Shown here: positions 45,701 through 58,822 of the stretch, in pieces
Layout: every line of letters starts with the position of its first letter
Numbering within the stretch: the first letter of the stretch is position 1
DNA from: Yuukianura sp. NJ FZ-2021
Taxonomy: Eukaryota
Direction: 5' to 3'
NCBI GenBank assembly: GCA_046563655.1
Contig: CM102285.1
Coordinates: forward strand, 2,108,001 to 2,172,000
DNA: 64,000 nucleotides
Position numbers and translations under genes: made by a program
Notes under the pieces: generated by a model
Told to the model about the DNA's origin: nothing
Databases searched by the model: none
The model's input: only the letters and a program-made list of their open reading frames with translations

Positions 45701-47671
45701 ATGTGTTCTGATTCAGAGGTGACAGGAGTGCTTGAACTGCTGTGGGTCAACCAGAAAACTAGGAAAGACAACAGTAACTGTGTCATTCACATTCCAGTTA
45801 GAGGTGGAACTGCACTTAACTCCTATCTAGAAGCAATCTACTTAAAAACTGCTGAACTAGCATCAGATTCAGAACTATCCCAACGAAACGTCATCCTCGA
45901 GAAATCCAAAATTCATTTATTTCAAAATGGATCCGAACTTACAATTGAAGAATATGCAATGCCAATTGAATATTTTGCAAACATCGGAAGCAATCGCCAA
46001 GCTCAACTTCTCTCACTAATCACTGGCCACTGTGGTACTCTGTTCGTTTCGGTTCTCCGCGGACATGCTCATGTGCTATCCGATGAAGATGCGTCTCCGA
46101 CTTCCGAGCATGCAGCAGACTCAGACTGTGAAAATTCAACTCCGATTGTACTAGAATTTGACCTCAGTTTAGATACTATTGGAGATTTAAAAACGCGAAT
46201 TGAGGCATCAACAGGATTAAAACCAGATTTCATTTTCACCCGATACGAAATTTTGGATTATCCGGAAAAATTGGATTTTGATGAAACTAAAATACGGGAT
46301 GTTCAAAATTTGGAAGAAATAATGATTGCTCAAAAATCAAGTTCGGATGACATTGTAATTGAATTAGAAGTCAAAATTCCTTGGCGAGCGGGTAGAAGCG
46401 AAGGGGCGCTGCACCATGTTCTAATAGTTCAAAACACAATGACTCCAACAGAGTTGGAGACTATGGTGAAAAAGTTGCTTCTTGGAATTCCAGAATTTTC
46501 GGAAGCGGAAATCATGACGGGCCAACTGCTGCTTATACCCGGGAAACCAACCTTGGACTCATGTAACATCAAAAACGGAACCAAAATTCTATTTGCCAGA
46601 ACCAACTACTCCAAACTTGAAAGCAATGTTGCCACGCCCAGTCCTTTTTTCAGTAAAACTATAAATCAAAGTGGGTTGGATGATAACCGATCCAGTCTTG
46701 AGGAAGCTATTCTAGATATCCGGATTGCTGCAGATGAAATATATGCCATATTGGATTTCGAGTCAGAACATACGGAACGAATCGAAACTAAAAAGGTTAA
46801 TGAAAAATACTGCCGCAATCCAAAATTTAAAGAAGAGTAACAATAATGCTCGCATGTATACTGTTTTTTTTTGCAGGCTGTCGCATACAGCGGGAATAAG
46901 AATAAGGTGAAAAGGTGTTGCACCTGTTGTTTCAAAGTTTGCTGTTTTTGCTGTTTGCTGTCTTGCTGCAAACCAAGACACAAGCACTTCAGCCCAACAC
47001 AAAGTGAAGGAGTACCAGTAGTACCGCCATCAGACATTGTAAAGTGGACTGCACCTAAAAAGGGACTCAATTTGCGCGGGAGTTGCGATAATCCAAATTG
47101 TTTGTTGCGACAAAACGGAGTTCCACCTTTGGTTCATTGGAGTCAAACGACATTTGACCTTTCAAATGACCACAAATTCATTCGTTGTCCATTATGTCAC
47201 AGTGCACTTTCAATTCAAGCTCCAGTCTTTCACATGACACAATGGAAATACTATGGGCACAAACTGACCACACCCCTTGCGCAAGCCAAACATTCAAATG
47301 TTATGGAATCTGAAGATACAGGAAACGCAAATAGCAATGAAGCTCAAAATGTGCAGGAGCGAAGCATTGAACTTGTGAAATGTGATTGGCAAGTTGCAGG
47401 TAATGCAGCTACTCATTTCTAGGCTCATTGAGCTCTAAAATTTTAAATTTTGCGGTTCCTAGATGCTAAAAGTGACGATACTGTATCAGTTTTGGACAAA
47501 GTGGGAATTAAAATTGAAGATTTTAGTGAACTGGTTTTACTGACACGCCCTCTTGAAAAATCCAAAAGACGCCCTCTCGTGGAACAGTACAGAGTAGGAC
47601 TCAGCGTCTCCGTTCCACTCGTGTGCACAGTAATGTTCAACTTTGACATGTTCAGAGACTACAGAAAATAA
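45701..47671 (+). CDS. Ubiquitin-like-domain protein with a Cys string and a C-terminal Zn-binding-like domain (~608 aa)
   Basis: Exons 45701-46795, 46877-47399 and 47463-47671 join in frame. Ubl-like segments DTIGDLKTRIEASTGL and TLDSCNIKNGTKI. Also CCTCCFKVCCFCCLLSCC and GLNLRGSCDNPNC...CPLC. Confidence 0.7.
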
Positions 47672-48605
47672 AAATGTAACAAAAAATATACTATATGAAG
47701 TCATGTATTAATAATTTAGTTGCTCCAGAACTCCGTTTATAGGACAACGGAATAAAATTCTAAATCAGCATTTTGTCCGTTTAATCCGCGTATAATATCC
47801 TTTTCTTGTCGGATTTAAATTTCGGTTTTCGGTTGATTATATTAGTTATTAGCTAACATTTTTTGAACAAACATTTACTTAACGAGCCAGAATGATAAAG
47901 CCACTTACAACTGATGTTTCTGAAGCAAACAAATCATGTTGAACTCCAATTGAGGTCCCTATGTTTTAAAAATTGATAAACAAAAATTTATGACCTTATT
48001 AAGGTGAACGCCAAACCAAATTAAGTGGCCGCCTTTTTGTGATTTTTAATTTAAGCGTGAAATGGCTTCGGATTACAAAGCAATATGTGGAAAGTTGGTA
48101 TTAAATATGCGCCGGGCAGAAAAATATTCTATACTAAACTCAGAAGAACCAAGCTCTAAAGCATATAAGGATTTTGCACTTGAATTCTTAAAAACTTTTA
48201 TACCGTGAGTTCCAGCGAAAAGTGTACGCATCTATTTTGTTTCCATAGAGACGAGGTGAAGCTTACGGAAACATGAGGGGAAAGTCAACTCAAAATTTGA
48301 AACTTCTGGTTACTGTATGAATTTTGGCAAAAGAGTGTTATGTGGATTGCTTTCTATCCACAGTTGCGAAATAAAACAAATTAATGACTTTTGGATTTCT
48401 GGATTTGTACTCTTTCCGTTGGAGCTCACGGTATAAACAGAATTTATGTAAAATTTAAAGGTGAAACCAAACCCTAATTACTTTGAAGAAAATTATTTTT
48501 TTTATTTTCTCCTTGCAACAGAAGAACAATCTCAGTATCACCTCAGTTGACAACTGCAGCTGGCGAACGGTACCGGCAAACCAAAATTCCTACAATTTGA
48601 GCAAA

Positions 48606-49865
48606 ATGGAGATTCCAGTTTGGTTGAAATACACGATTTTGGCTACAGAGCATATGCATAAGACATATCAAACTCCGGTATGTTGGGACGCAAGTACAAA
48701 GACGTTTGCACTTAAATATCCCAAAGGATACAACTGGTTGGCCACTGCAATTCTCTGCAGCGACGTTATTACTGTCCTCGGTAGTATTTTTTTTGGAATC
48801 GTCAGCTACGCATTTGGATTAAACTTTCTTACACTTGGAATAACAACGTTTGCAATTGTTATGCTAGAAAGTATTGTACTGGACTACAGCATGCTCAACA
48901 ACTACACAGAATTTGTTCAGGGACTCAACATGTTAACAAAGTATACAAAAGAACTCAAAAGACATCAGCCAGGTACTACGCATTCTTTGATACCGTATTT
49001 CCCGTCGTATTGTCCCGTCGATAATAATTGTATTACACTATCTTTTTTTCCTTTTTTTAGCGGATGCGCTGTATGTTCCAAAAGCGGCAATGCGCATTAG
49101 CAACCTTGTCGCAGGGCCGAGCTATACGGCCATCAAAATTATATATCCGGCATGCTACACGATTATGCCACTATTTTTGGTAAAGGATATGTACTCCCTT
49201 TGCAAAAAATTAATGGAACTGAGCTACAAAGTATTGAATATTGATGCGGGCCAGAACCATTTGCTTATCGTTGTCATTTTGATGCTTGTAGTATTATATT
49301 TATACGTGTGTTTCACAAGTCGGCTAACAATGTACAAATGGATGATGTACGCAGTCATAGCGCCGGCAGTTTGTGATGTCATGTATTGTTGGTTAGCCAA
49401 AGGTCAGTTGGAAGTAAAAAGCAAACAGAGTAGTGTACAGGAGCAAGTAAACTGTAATACAAAAATGAAACTCGGTATACAGTTGTGGGCCGACTACGGA
49501 ATGTTACCGCTGACATGCTTTACATTCGTCGCAGCAGCGGGATGTGCCAATGGGTTCACGTTATGTATAACACATCCAATGTCGGTCACATTTTTTTTGC
49601 GATGATAAGTTGGATTGGTATTTTGGTATTTCTGAATTTCTGTCTCTACGCAGCCGGGAAACTCCATTCGATGGAAAGATCTATCCATGATTGTATTCAA
49701 ACATATGGATTTCCACGGGACAGTGAAATTCACAAAACTGTAATTGCATTTCAATCATTCGAATTATCCTGTGGACCGTTGAACTTCGCAGATCGAGGAA
49801 TGTTACTTTCCGTAAACGAACAAATAGTTAACTACATTTTTACATTTTTGCTTATATTTAACTAG
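48606..49865 (+). pseudogene. Divergent multi-TM chemoreceptor-like (GR/OR superfamily) gene with a 1-bp frameshift
   Basis: Exons 48606-48972 and 49061-49865 with multiple hydrophobic segments. C-terminus SFELSCGPLNFADRGMLLSVNEQIVNYIFTFLL. The frame breaks at a T8 run (49591-49598); T9 restores it. Confidence 0.6.
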
Positions 49866-51192
49866 CACAGCATAATAGTGGTTACATGAAGCAATTGTGT
49901 CTAACTAATATTTTAGTTCACAACAATCACTGTCCACTGAAACAGCCAATGCAATCACGGGAACAGGCACACATTTACCTGTGACTTTAACACAGTACAC
50001 TTACAATTTACAAATGGTACACACTGTTATAATTAGATTAAAAAGTTGTGCTTGATAAATAATATTAATTTCTGAGCTTTTAATTAAAATCCGATTTTAG
50101 TGGAATCACAAGAAGAAAAAGCAACGTAACCTAAACTAGGCTAAAACTAAAAAAAACCTAACCAAATTCTGCACTTCCTGCATTCATTTTTGAACTCTTT
50201 GGAAGGAAGTATAAAACAGTTGAGGTTGAAACATTTAAAATTGGGAAAAACCGCAGAAGGTAGAAAAGCGGTAGAAGGAGCCAATGTACCATGAAAGCCG
50301 AGAAAGGGAAAGCGACTTTACAAAAATATTTTTCACTTTCAAAAACTCTAAGTATTACTGGAATGGTCTAAATTCTTAAACAGGTAATTTCGCAGTACTC
50401 AGGTACTTCTTATTGTTAAATTAATTTTAATATATAATTAAATATAATATTACATCATAGAATTAAAAGCAATTTTAATATAATTAAACCATAATTCAAA
50501 AATTCAGAGCAGGAAGTAATTTGATTACTTTTTTTAAGTGTGTTGTTTGTTTAGTAATTAGGTTGTTAGTTAACTGATAACGAAAAACGTACGTGAATAA
50601 AATTTGTATTGTGTCCGTTATTTTGCACGAAGAATCCAAGGCCACTTTTCCTTTCGGCTTTAAATTTGTCCAGTGCATCGGCGACAGTGTGTGAAAAAAA
50701 ATTATTCACACTCTTTTCGTTTACTTTCCTTTTTTTTCGAATATGTTATTCTATTTTTTTTGTTGATTATAAACGTGACGTCTATTTAATAGTTAAGTTG
50801 ATAGTTAACTATGATGAGGATGACGGAAACTGTATGTGCATAAAAGCCCACCTTGATTTTGTACTAATTTTGTGTCCTTTTTCCATTAGTGATTGACGTT
50901 TGGAAAGGATGTGTGTTGTGATTTATGAATTCGATATTCATTAGTGTGCAAAGCACTAACGTAATGTGTTAAGTACTACACGGTTGTGATTATCTGGAAG
51001 TGATACAACTGCTGATTCTTGATAATTTTCAACATCATTGTAAATTCCCTGTGCCTAAGTGTCAAATTGTGGTGAGAATTTCTGTGGCGGAGACGCCTTG
51101 TGAAACAAGGCGTGTAACTGCTCAATTCAAGTGGGGAATAGCGTCAAAGCAAAGTTTGAGGCTACTAAAACCTGAAAAGTTCGTTAAATAAT

Positions 51193-54100
51193 ATGGGCAA
51201 GGCAAAGGACAAAAGCGGCGGTAAGTACTAAATACCAACGTTTTTTGTAAAATATTTTTTTTAAGATTTGAACCTAAGGTTTAATTATTAGTGCAGCAGA
51301 TAATGAATTTATTGTCAAATATTTTGGAGCTTTCAAAAATTTCACAAAATTTTAAAGTTTACTACATTGCTTGAGGTTAACTAATTAAATATTAAAAATT
51401 GTAATTTTTCTTCAATTTCATAGATACCGAAATCATGAATAGGGATATGGAATCAGTGAAACAGGTTTAAAACATTAACAATTGAAATCCCAAGTTGAAT
51501 TAAATTTGGTTAAGCGTTTTCAATATGTTTTTTTCTAAATAGAAGAAGATGCCTTATCCCAAAGCAGTCTTTTTCATTGTAACGAATGAATTCTGCGAAA
51601 GATTTTCATTCTACGGAATGCGAGCAGTTTTAACGTTATATTTGACCAGCATTTTACTTTTTTCCGAAGACGACGCAACTGTCATTTACCATGTATTTGT
51701 CATGTGTTCTTACTTTACACCGCTTTTTGGAGCTATGCTAGCCGATGGCCTTCTTGGAAAATTCAAGTAAATTTTCAAAAACTTAGACTATTCAACTGTC
51801 TTTACTTTTGAAAACAAATTTCAAACATTATTTTTTGAAACTTTTAGAACGATTTTGTACTTGTCTATTGTCTACGCCACAGGCAGTATCGTCCTGTCGC
51901 TAGCAGCAACTCCGACGTTGAATCTGCCAGCAACGTACGTCTACCACAAATTTTTTTCAACGAAACATTCAAGACATATTTTCAAAAATTGTTTTTTTTT
52001 TTACAAGATTTTTCATTTTTATTTCTCTGATTTTTGAATTTTAGTGAAATCAGTATGCTTGGACTTGCTCTGATTGCCCTTGGAACAGGCGGTATAAAGC
52101 CTTGCGTTGCGGCATTTGGTGGAGATCAATTCGTTTTGCCACAACAAGCGGAACAGCTTGCCACATTCTTTTCCTTTTTCTACATGTCGATTAACCTGGG
52201 CGCTTTCATTTCAACTTTTACAACGCCGATTATGCGCGAAGATGTTGAGTGCTTTGGAGACGATACGTGTTATTCCCTTGCTTTTGCAGTTCCTGCTGGA
52301 CTCATGGTCGTTTCCATTCGTTCGTAACAAATTTGTAACTTTTTCATAAAGTTTTGAACATAGATTCACAATTCTGACAAAATTTCGAAAAATGATTTTG
52401 CATTTCAACAGTCGTATTTTTGGCGGGTAAATTCCTGTACCGAGAAATCAAACCTAAAGGAAACGTTGTTGTGAAAGTTGCCAAGTGTATTGGGGTAAGG
52501 CAAGGTTGCTATAGCGTCCATTTATACAAATGCACTAGCAGGTTATGTCATAACTCCATTTTTTCAGAAAATTGCGAGAAAAAAAAAACTTTGTACCAAT
52601 CCCGTTTGCTTAGGTGCGGGCTCAACGTTTTCAAACACAAAATCAAAATAAACAATATTTAAAAAATAAAGGAGTTATGGCGTAACCTGTTAAGAAAAAT
52701 CATACAAAATTTCGATTTAAACATAGCGCCACTTTTTTTAGCAAAATCTTCTTCATGTTTACAGCAATTTCAAATTAAGTTTTGTTAAACTAAAACAACT
52801 TTAGCACGCGATCAAACAAAAATGGCATTGGAAGGAAGAGCGTGATCACTGGCTGGACCACGCTGACGACGAATACGAACCGAGATTCATTCATGACGTC
52901 AAAATCGTTCTGCGCGTGCTCGTTCTCTACATTCCACTTCCGTTCTTCTGGGCTCTATATGACCAACAAGTAAGAAGTAGAAAATATTCATGCAGTTTAA
53001 CTCTGCGCATGAGCCGCAGTATGTTTGATCACCATTTTCACTTGTGCTTCTAGGGTTCAAGATGGACGTTACAAGCTACTCGAATGGACGGAGTCGTTTG
53101 GGGCTACACGATCAAACCCGATCAAGTTCAAGTTCTGAGTGCTTTCTTCATTTTGTGCTTCATTCCGCTCTTCGATGGCATAATTTATCCAGTTCTAGCA
53201 AAATGCGGACTTTTGACAAAATCGCTTCAACGTCTCACGACTGGCGGCGTGCTCGCTGGACTTGCGTTTGTCATTTCCGGACTTCTCGAACTTCAACTAG
53301 AGGTTGACGTTTGCAACAGTAAAATTTCAAAAAAAAAATTGTTATACTTGAATTTTTTTTAGAAAACCTATCCAAATACTTTGACACCTCAACAAGCTAA
53401 CATCAATTTCATGAACACCTTGCCATGCGCAATTCAGCTTAGACTGGATAACAACTTGGTCGAACTTCCGCCATTTGCAAATCACATTTTTGAAGCAGTC
53501 AATGCCACGGAATACAATCTGTACATGCAAACTCCTGGAAACGGAACTGGAATTCATTTGACGCTGAATGAAACTTGTGCCGATTTCACCATGCCTGAGG
53601 CCATCCACTTCAAAGCAGACAAAAGTGACGCTGAAAAGGAAGAGCAAAAAGGCACAGAAGCAGCGCATGATGGCGGGGCAAGTTGAGACTTAAACGGTCA
53701 AAGGTCAAGTTGCCATCAATTTTTTTTTTTTGAATCCAGGGCTTCAGTTATATGATCACGTTCAATGTTGACAATGAAATTAAACTCGCCTACGGAAATA
53801 AGTCTGATGACAGAGAGAAACCGCAGAACGGAAATCCAAAACTGAGGTATTTTAAAAACTAGCATCAACTATGATTCAACGCCATGTTACACTTTTTTTG
53901 AAACTTTTACAGTTTTTCCAAAATAGTGATATTTTTTTTTAACTTGGATAGGTTCCTTGTCGGTGGTGACTACTTTATCCTTGACGAAAACTCAACCCTC
54001 CCCCAGGGGAAGCTTTCTGTATACGTCTATGCACCGGGATTTGAAGGTCAAGAAGCCGTGATTGATCGATTTGTACATACCGATCCAAATAACGTTGGAT

Positions 54101-54908
54101 TCTCCTCCGAGACTGTTTCAGTGGAACCTGTCAAGTAATATTTTACAGCCACTTAATGCGCAAGAGCAAACTGAATTTCTTAATGGTTTCTGGACTTACT
54201 CAATAATAGGCACAAGCTGATATTGGTTCATGGACGGTCGAATGACGACCTTGAAACTGGAAGCGTCAGTGTGGAATTTCCACAGGAATTTGACTTTAAA
54301 CTTGGAGCAAGTTACGTGATTTCCATTTCAAGGAATGGAACTTACACAGATTTCATTTCTGGTCCACTCGATGATTTTGAAAATCCCGCCAGTTATGGAG
54401 TCGTTGTGCACACAATTACGAAGGAAAGTTCACTTCACATGTTTTGGCTTCTGCCACAGTACATTGTCCTCACTGCGGGAGAAATCATGTTCTCGATTAC
54501 CGGTTTGGAGTTTTCCTATTCACAAGTAATTGACAGATTTTAGTTTAATTAATTTTGACTACTTGAACAAAGTGTTTGAAACTATGTAATTTGGTTGTAT
54601 TCTTTTAGTCACCAGTGTCCATGAAGTCTGTGATGCAGTCGGCTTGGCTCATGACAGTTGCTTTTGGTAACTTGATTGTCGTCATCATTGCTGAACTCAA
54701 ATTTTTTGAGCGACAGGTACTAACACTACGATTAATTGCAAAGCAAATGAAATCAATGTTGAATGAAATGCGTTTTTTTAAACAGTCAATGGAGTTCTTC
54801 CTGTTTGCTATTCTGATGTTCGTCGATATGGTAGTATTTGCTGTCATGGCCTACTTTTACGTACCGGCTCAGTTGGAGGACCCATTGAAAAAGAAACAAG
54901 ATAGTTAA
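51193..54908 (+). CDS. SLC15/PepT oligopeptide transporter, copy 4
   Basis: NEFCERFSFYGM, GTGGIKPC and the same exon structure. One GC-AG intron at 53678. Stop at 54908. Confidence 0.9.
52539..52689. mobile_element. Small intronic MITE-like insertion
   Basis: caggttatgtcataactcc and ggagttatggcgtaacctg form an imperfect inverted repeat. This intron is much longer than the equivalent intron in the other PepT copies. Confidence 0.55.
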
Positions 54909-55352
54909 TCAATTAGAAACAATGAACAATTTTTTACAATGAAAGCTGATTGAACTCACCTAACCTTTAGTACGATGGATATCAAATAACTCGTCACGAC
55001 TTAAAATAAACACAACCTTGTACTGCAATTCCAAATGAATCAAATCAAATCGCTACGAAAACCTTTCCAGCTCGCGAACACCTCATTTTGCAAAAGTTTA
55101 TTCAGTAACTTCGATTAATTCCAATTATGCCTGACCCATTTCAATCCAGAAATTAACGTGATTTTCTAATTATTTATTCCCCATTCTCATAAGTAGATCT
55201 GTAACAGAATAATAAGGAAAGTTATCAGTAAAAGTGGACGTTAAATATTGAATATACTTTTGTTTTGTTTTTTTGGTTTGCTGCAAAACGATGGTGTCTT
55301 AGGGATTCAGACACGTCGACGTTAGTTGGATTGTTGAAGTGACCCTGATTGT

Positions 55353-55869
55353 TTATCCAATGAAATTCATGACTACCAAGTGAAGAAGCAAGTGAGCAAA
55401 GATGAAATCCGCAAAGGCTCGCTCTGGACTGATTCCAGTGAAGAGTAACTTGTTCTCCGGGTTAACTTGGATTCGAAGACACACTGCAAATAAAAACAAC
55501 CAATAAGTAAAAATTAACCAATGAGTCAAATTCGAATCAAAGTTAATTTAAAAGAAGTTGGCATGCTACTATACTACTTAAAATTAGTCTGCCTGAACAG
55601 CTGATATATCATGCCGCCGTCGGTGTTTTTAGAAGTGTACACTTACCAGCAAGGACAAACGAAGCGACTGTGGATATGAATCCAGAAAGGAATGAGTTGA
55701 ATGGAAACGTTCCAACGAGACAGCAGTACAGAAACTGGAAAATTCCAGTCAGCAAGATGTAAGTGAGGTAGGAATCGACGATTTTCAATTTTTTCGGTGT
55801 TTGTGTCCAGTACTCTGACATGAACTTCTGGACTACTCCCAAAGACGTTGATGGCGATGAGGATGACAT
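55353..55869 (-). CDS. DAD1: Defender against cell death 1 / oligosaccharyltransferase subunit DAD1 (OST2)
   Basis: Exons 55869-55647 and 55483-55353: [12 protein letters not shown]...[19 protein letters not shown]...[11 protein letters not shown]...[27 protein letters not shown]. Confidence 0.97.
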
Positions 55870-57012
55870 GACTTCTGAAACCAACGATTAATCGCCACTG
55901 AGGCAGTTAGGAAACTTACTGTTGCTGAGAACGCCGGTAACAATCTAAAAACTGGAAAAGTGACAGCAACTTTGAAGTTTTTATCTGACACGTCACTTTG
56001 CCAAATCCAAAGTTTTGTTGCAGTACGACGGCATACTGCTTTGTAACCGCAGCTTGAATAATTAAAACCAATTCTGAGCAGCAACGTCGTAAGCACACAG
56101 GATTACCACCACCGCTGCCATATCCTTTGCCACAGTTGCCACATTTGAGTAGTTAGAAATGCTAACTCTGTAGATGTAGCGTGTAGCCACATACTGGTTT
56201 GTGGACAGCCCGGTGGATACGTTAGCTACAACTCTCGTTTGCTTCAACCCAACTCTGTCCAAATTTCTGGGGTACCTAATCCTCGGCTATCTGTGAATAT
56301 CCAGCGACTGATTTGCGAAATTGAAGAAATTAGTTAGCTAAACCTTTAATTTTTTTCGCAATTCGGTGTATCATTCTTTGTATTTCATTTTTTTAATGTT
56401 TACATTAATGAATTAACTCAGTAGTAGCACAGAACATAACTTAGCTAGCAAGAAGTTGCAAAATGCAAGTTAACTTCGCCTTTAATTTTGAGATTTCGCA
56501 ACGGTCTTCAAAGTAGTAAATAACGATGTCCAAGTAGTCGGAATTTTGCAACCGTAGCGATTTACGCACCTGAATTTCATGCCGCGAAACCAGTTCACGC
56601 TTGTGTCACACTCTCAACTGTGAATATGATGCGTGTCGTCGTTGGCGTTTCCTACACTCCAATGTTCAAAATGTTTACTGTCATAAATCTTGAGATTTTT
56701 TACGGGCAATTACGTCTTTCCAGCGTGTTGCTACGAGTTAAGTGTAACACGCTGAAGACGACAAGTTCTGATAAATGCTTAAAAAAAATATTAAGTTTTG
56801 TTTGCCGAGCATTCCAACTTTTCATATTTTTCCAAGGAAAAACTGCTCACAAATTGTGAGCTGGCAATTCAATTGCAGATACAACGGTACTCAAGGAGCG
56901 TCAGTTTTATTGTTTAACAAAGTCGACCCAAAGTCAAACTCATGATGAATGTATTCATGTAGTTTCTAATTCGGAAAATCTCACTTTAAGCTACACTTGA
57001 GGTGTGACAGTT

Positions 57013-58087
57013 TTAAAACCCACCAAACTGTCCTGGATATGGATATGGAGGTCCACCAAAGTCTGGTCCACCATAGTTAGGCCCATCATCGTGGCCTTCG
57101 TACCTCACCTCCACTTGCATAATGGCTCTCTTGGCTTCACTCATTGTAGCACTCACTTTCCACTCCCCATGAGTCATGTGCAGGGCAACTCCGTGGGAAG
57201 TCTTGAAAATTTAAATTCAAAATTATGAATTTTAAAAATTCGGAACTTAATTAGGAGTGACTAATTTTTGTTTTAGTTAATTACATACGCCTAACCTTGG
57301 CTCTTTTCATATGAGGCAAGTCCTCTGACTCATGTCCGTAGTACATTTCCTTAAACAGCTCCTCATTTGCGGGAGTGTTGGGGTCAATGAAGGCAAGGAC
57401 AAACCAACTGCTGTACAAGTTGAAGTCGTACGGCACAGAAAACATAAGCGCCAGACGCTTACCGGAGTTACCCATAATGTATGTGAGCACTCCAACTGCT
57501 CCAGTAGCAGTATCACTGTGGAGGTAACATGTAACATATGGTCAAAAAGTGAGAAGATCAAATATAAAAAACCTGGCATTCTCTTAGTAACGATTGACAT
57601 TTTCACTTTTTTGACCATTTCACTTTTTGATCAAATTATTTTGACCATTTCAAGTGCTACGCACTGTGGAATGCCAGAAAGTATGCAAAGTTTAAAGTTT
57701 AAAGTTGCATTCAAAAAGTTAGGTTGATAGAATTAAAACAAAAACAAATTTTGAACTGACGCGGTTTTAGAAAACGAGCAGGCGTCTCTTGTGTTGGCGG
57801 CGATCGTAGGCTGAGGTGGAGCGTAGCAGTAACCAGAATGGCAGTACGTGTTAGGATCATTAAGCGTTTGAAAGCCGTGATTGGCTAAAAAAATTTCAAA
57901 AATAAATTTCATAATTTTTTGAGTTAGCATAAGAAATTCGTCGTAGGAAGGTTTAGAGCAAAGGATTCTGATTGGTCATGTGCTTACTGATTTGAATGAC
58001 GCAGTTGCGATTTGTATTGATTGCGGCCGAAAGTTCTTGAACGGAAGTTCCCGCCAAAGAAGAGCCGTCAACAATTGGGAACAACAT
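57013..58087 (-). CDS. Actinoporin-like protein (anemone cytotoxin family), 210 aa, 4 exons
   Basis: Exons 58087-57988, 57884-57761, 57515-57296 and 57201-57013 are in frame. Signatures TATGAVGVLTY, LALMFSVPYDFNLYSSWF and LFKEMYY. Confidence 0.9.
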
Positions 58088-58822
58088 TTTCTTCTGACTT
58101 TTGGCGCGTAGATGGTTACGGTACGAAATATTGAAAAGTATTGTGATATCTTATGTCGAAAATTTTTTGAGTGACAGAACTGCCTAAGCCACCAAAGGAT
58201 AACTGATAAACAAACGAACTTTTTGTAACCAAAGCTAAGGTAAAATGCATAGTAATTTTATTTTTATGGAACTTCCATAATAGCAGCAGGCACAAATTAA
58301 CACATCTGAAGTCCTAAATGTGCTAAACTGCAAAGTGTTATTGTCGAGTTGCACATCATGTCTCGAAATTTCCATACCTTTTTGGCAAAATTGTCAATTA
58401 GTACTTTAGTCACAAGTTTATTTTCGTTAAGCATGAAGAAATAATTTCATGCCATTTAATTTTTTTTAGCAAAAGTTTTGCCTGAATTTTTTTTTCAAAA
58501 ACTAGAAACTAATTCTATTTAACCAAAGTGTTACCAAAAGTTCTACTTACTTTCTTCTTATGTAAACGTAAAGTATTGGTGAAAGGTGTGAAATTTTTAA
58601 CAAAGTCAACAGCATGCACTGAGTGTTAAATGGCACTCTATTAATTGTTCAATTCACCACAATCTCGTAACAAACTCATTGTCATTAGATAGTGAAAATT
58701 TTATATAAAGCCGTCTTCGCTCATTAATTTGAGAATCGAATAGAAATCGTAGTTTTCAATTCTTGGCACAAAGAATTAAGAAGTCTTTCACTTGAAAAGT
58801 TTCATCCAGTAATCGCAAGGAA

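Noticed and set aside
1881-54847. Recurrent minus-strand ORFs opposite SLC18B1 and PepT exons
   Set aside because: They recur only because the sense exons are duplicated.
56100-56280. GC-richer stretch with tgtagc/gctaca/ccaca motifs upstream of DAD1
   Set aside because: No definable termini or TSD; it could be promoter sequence or an old repeat.
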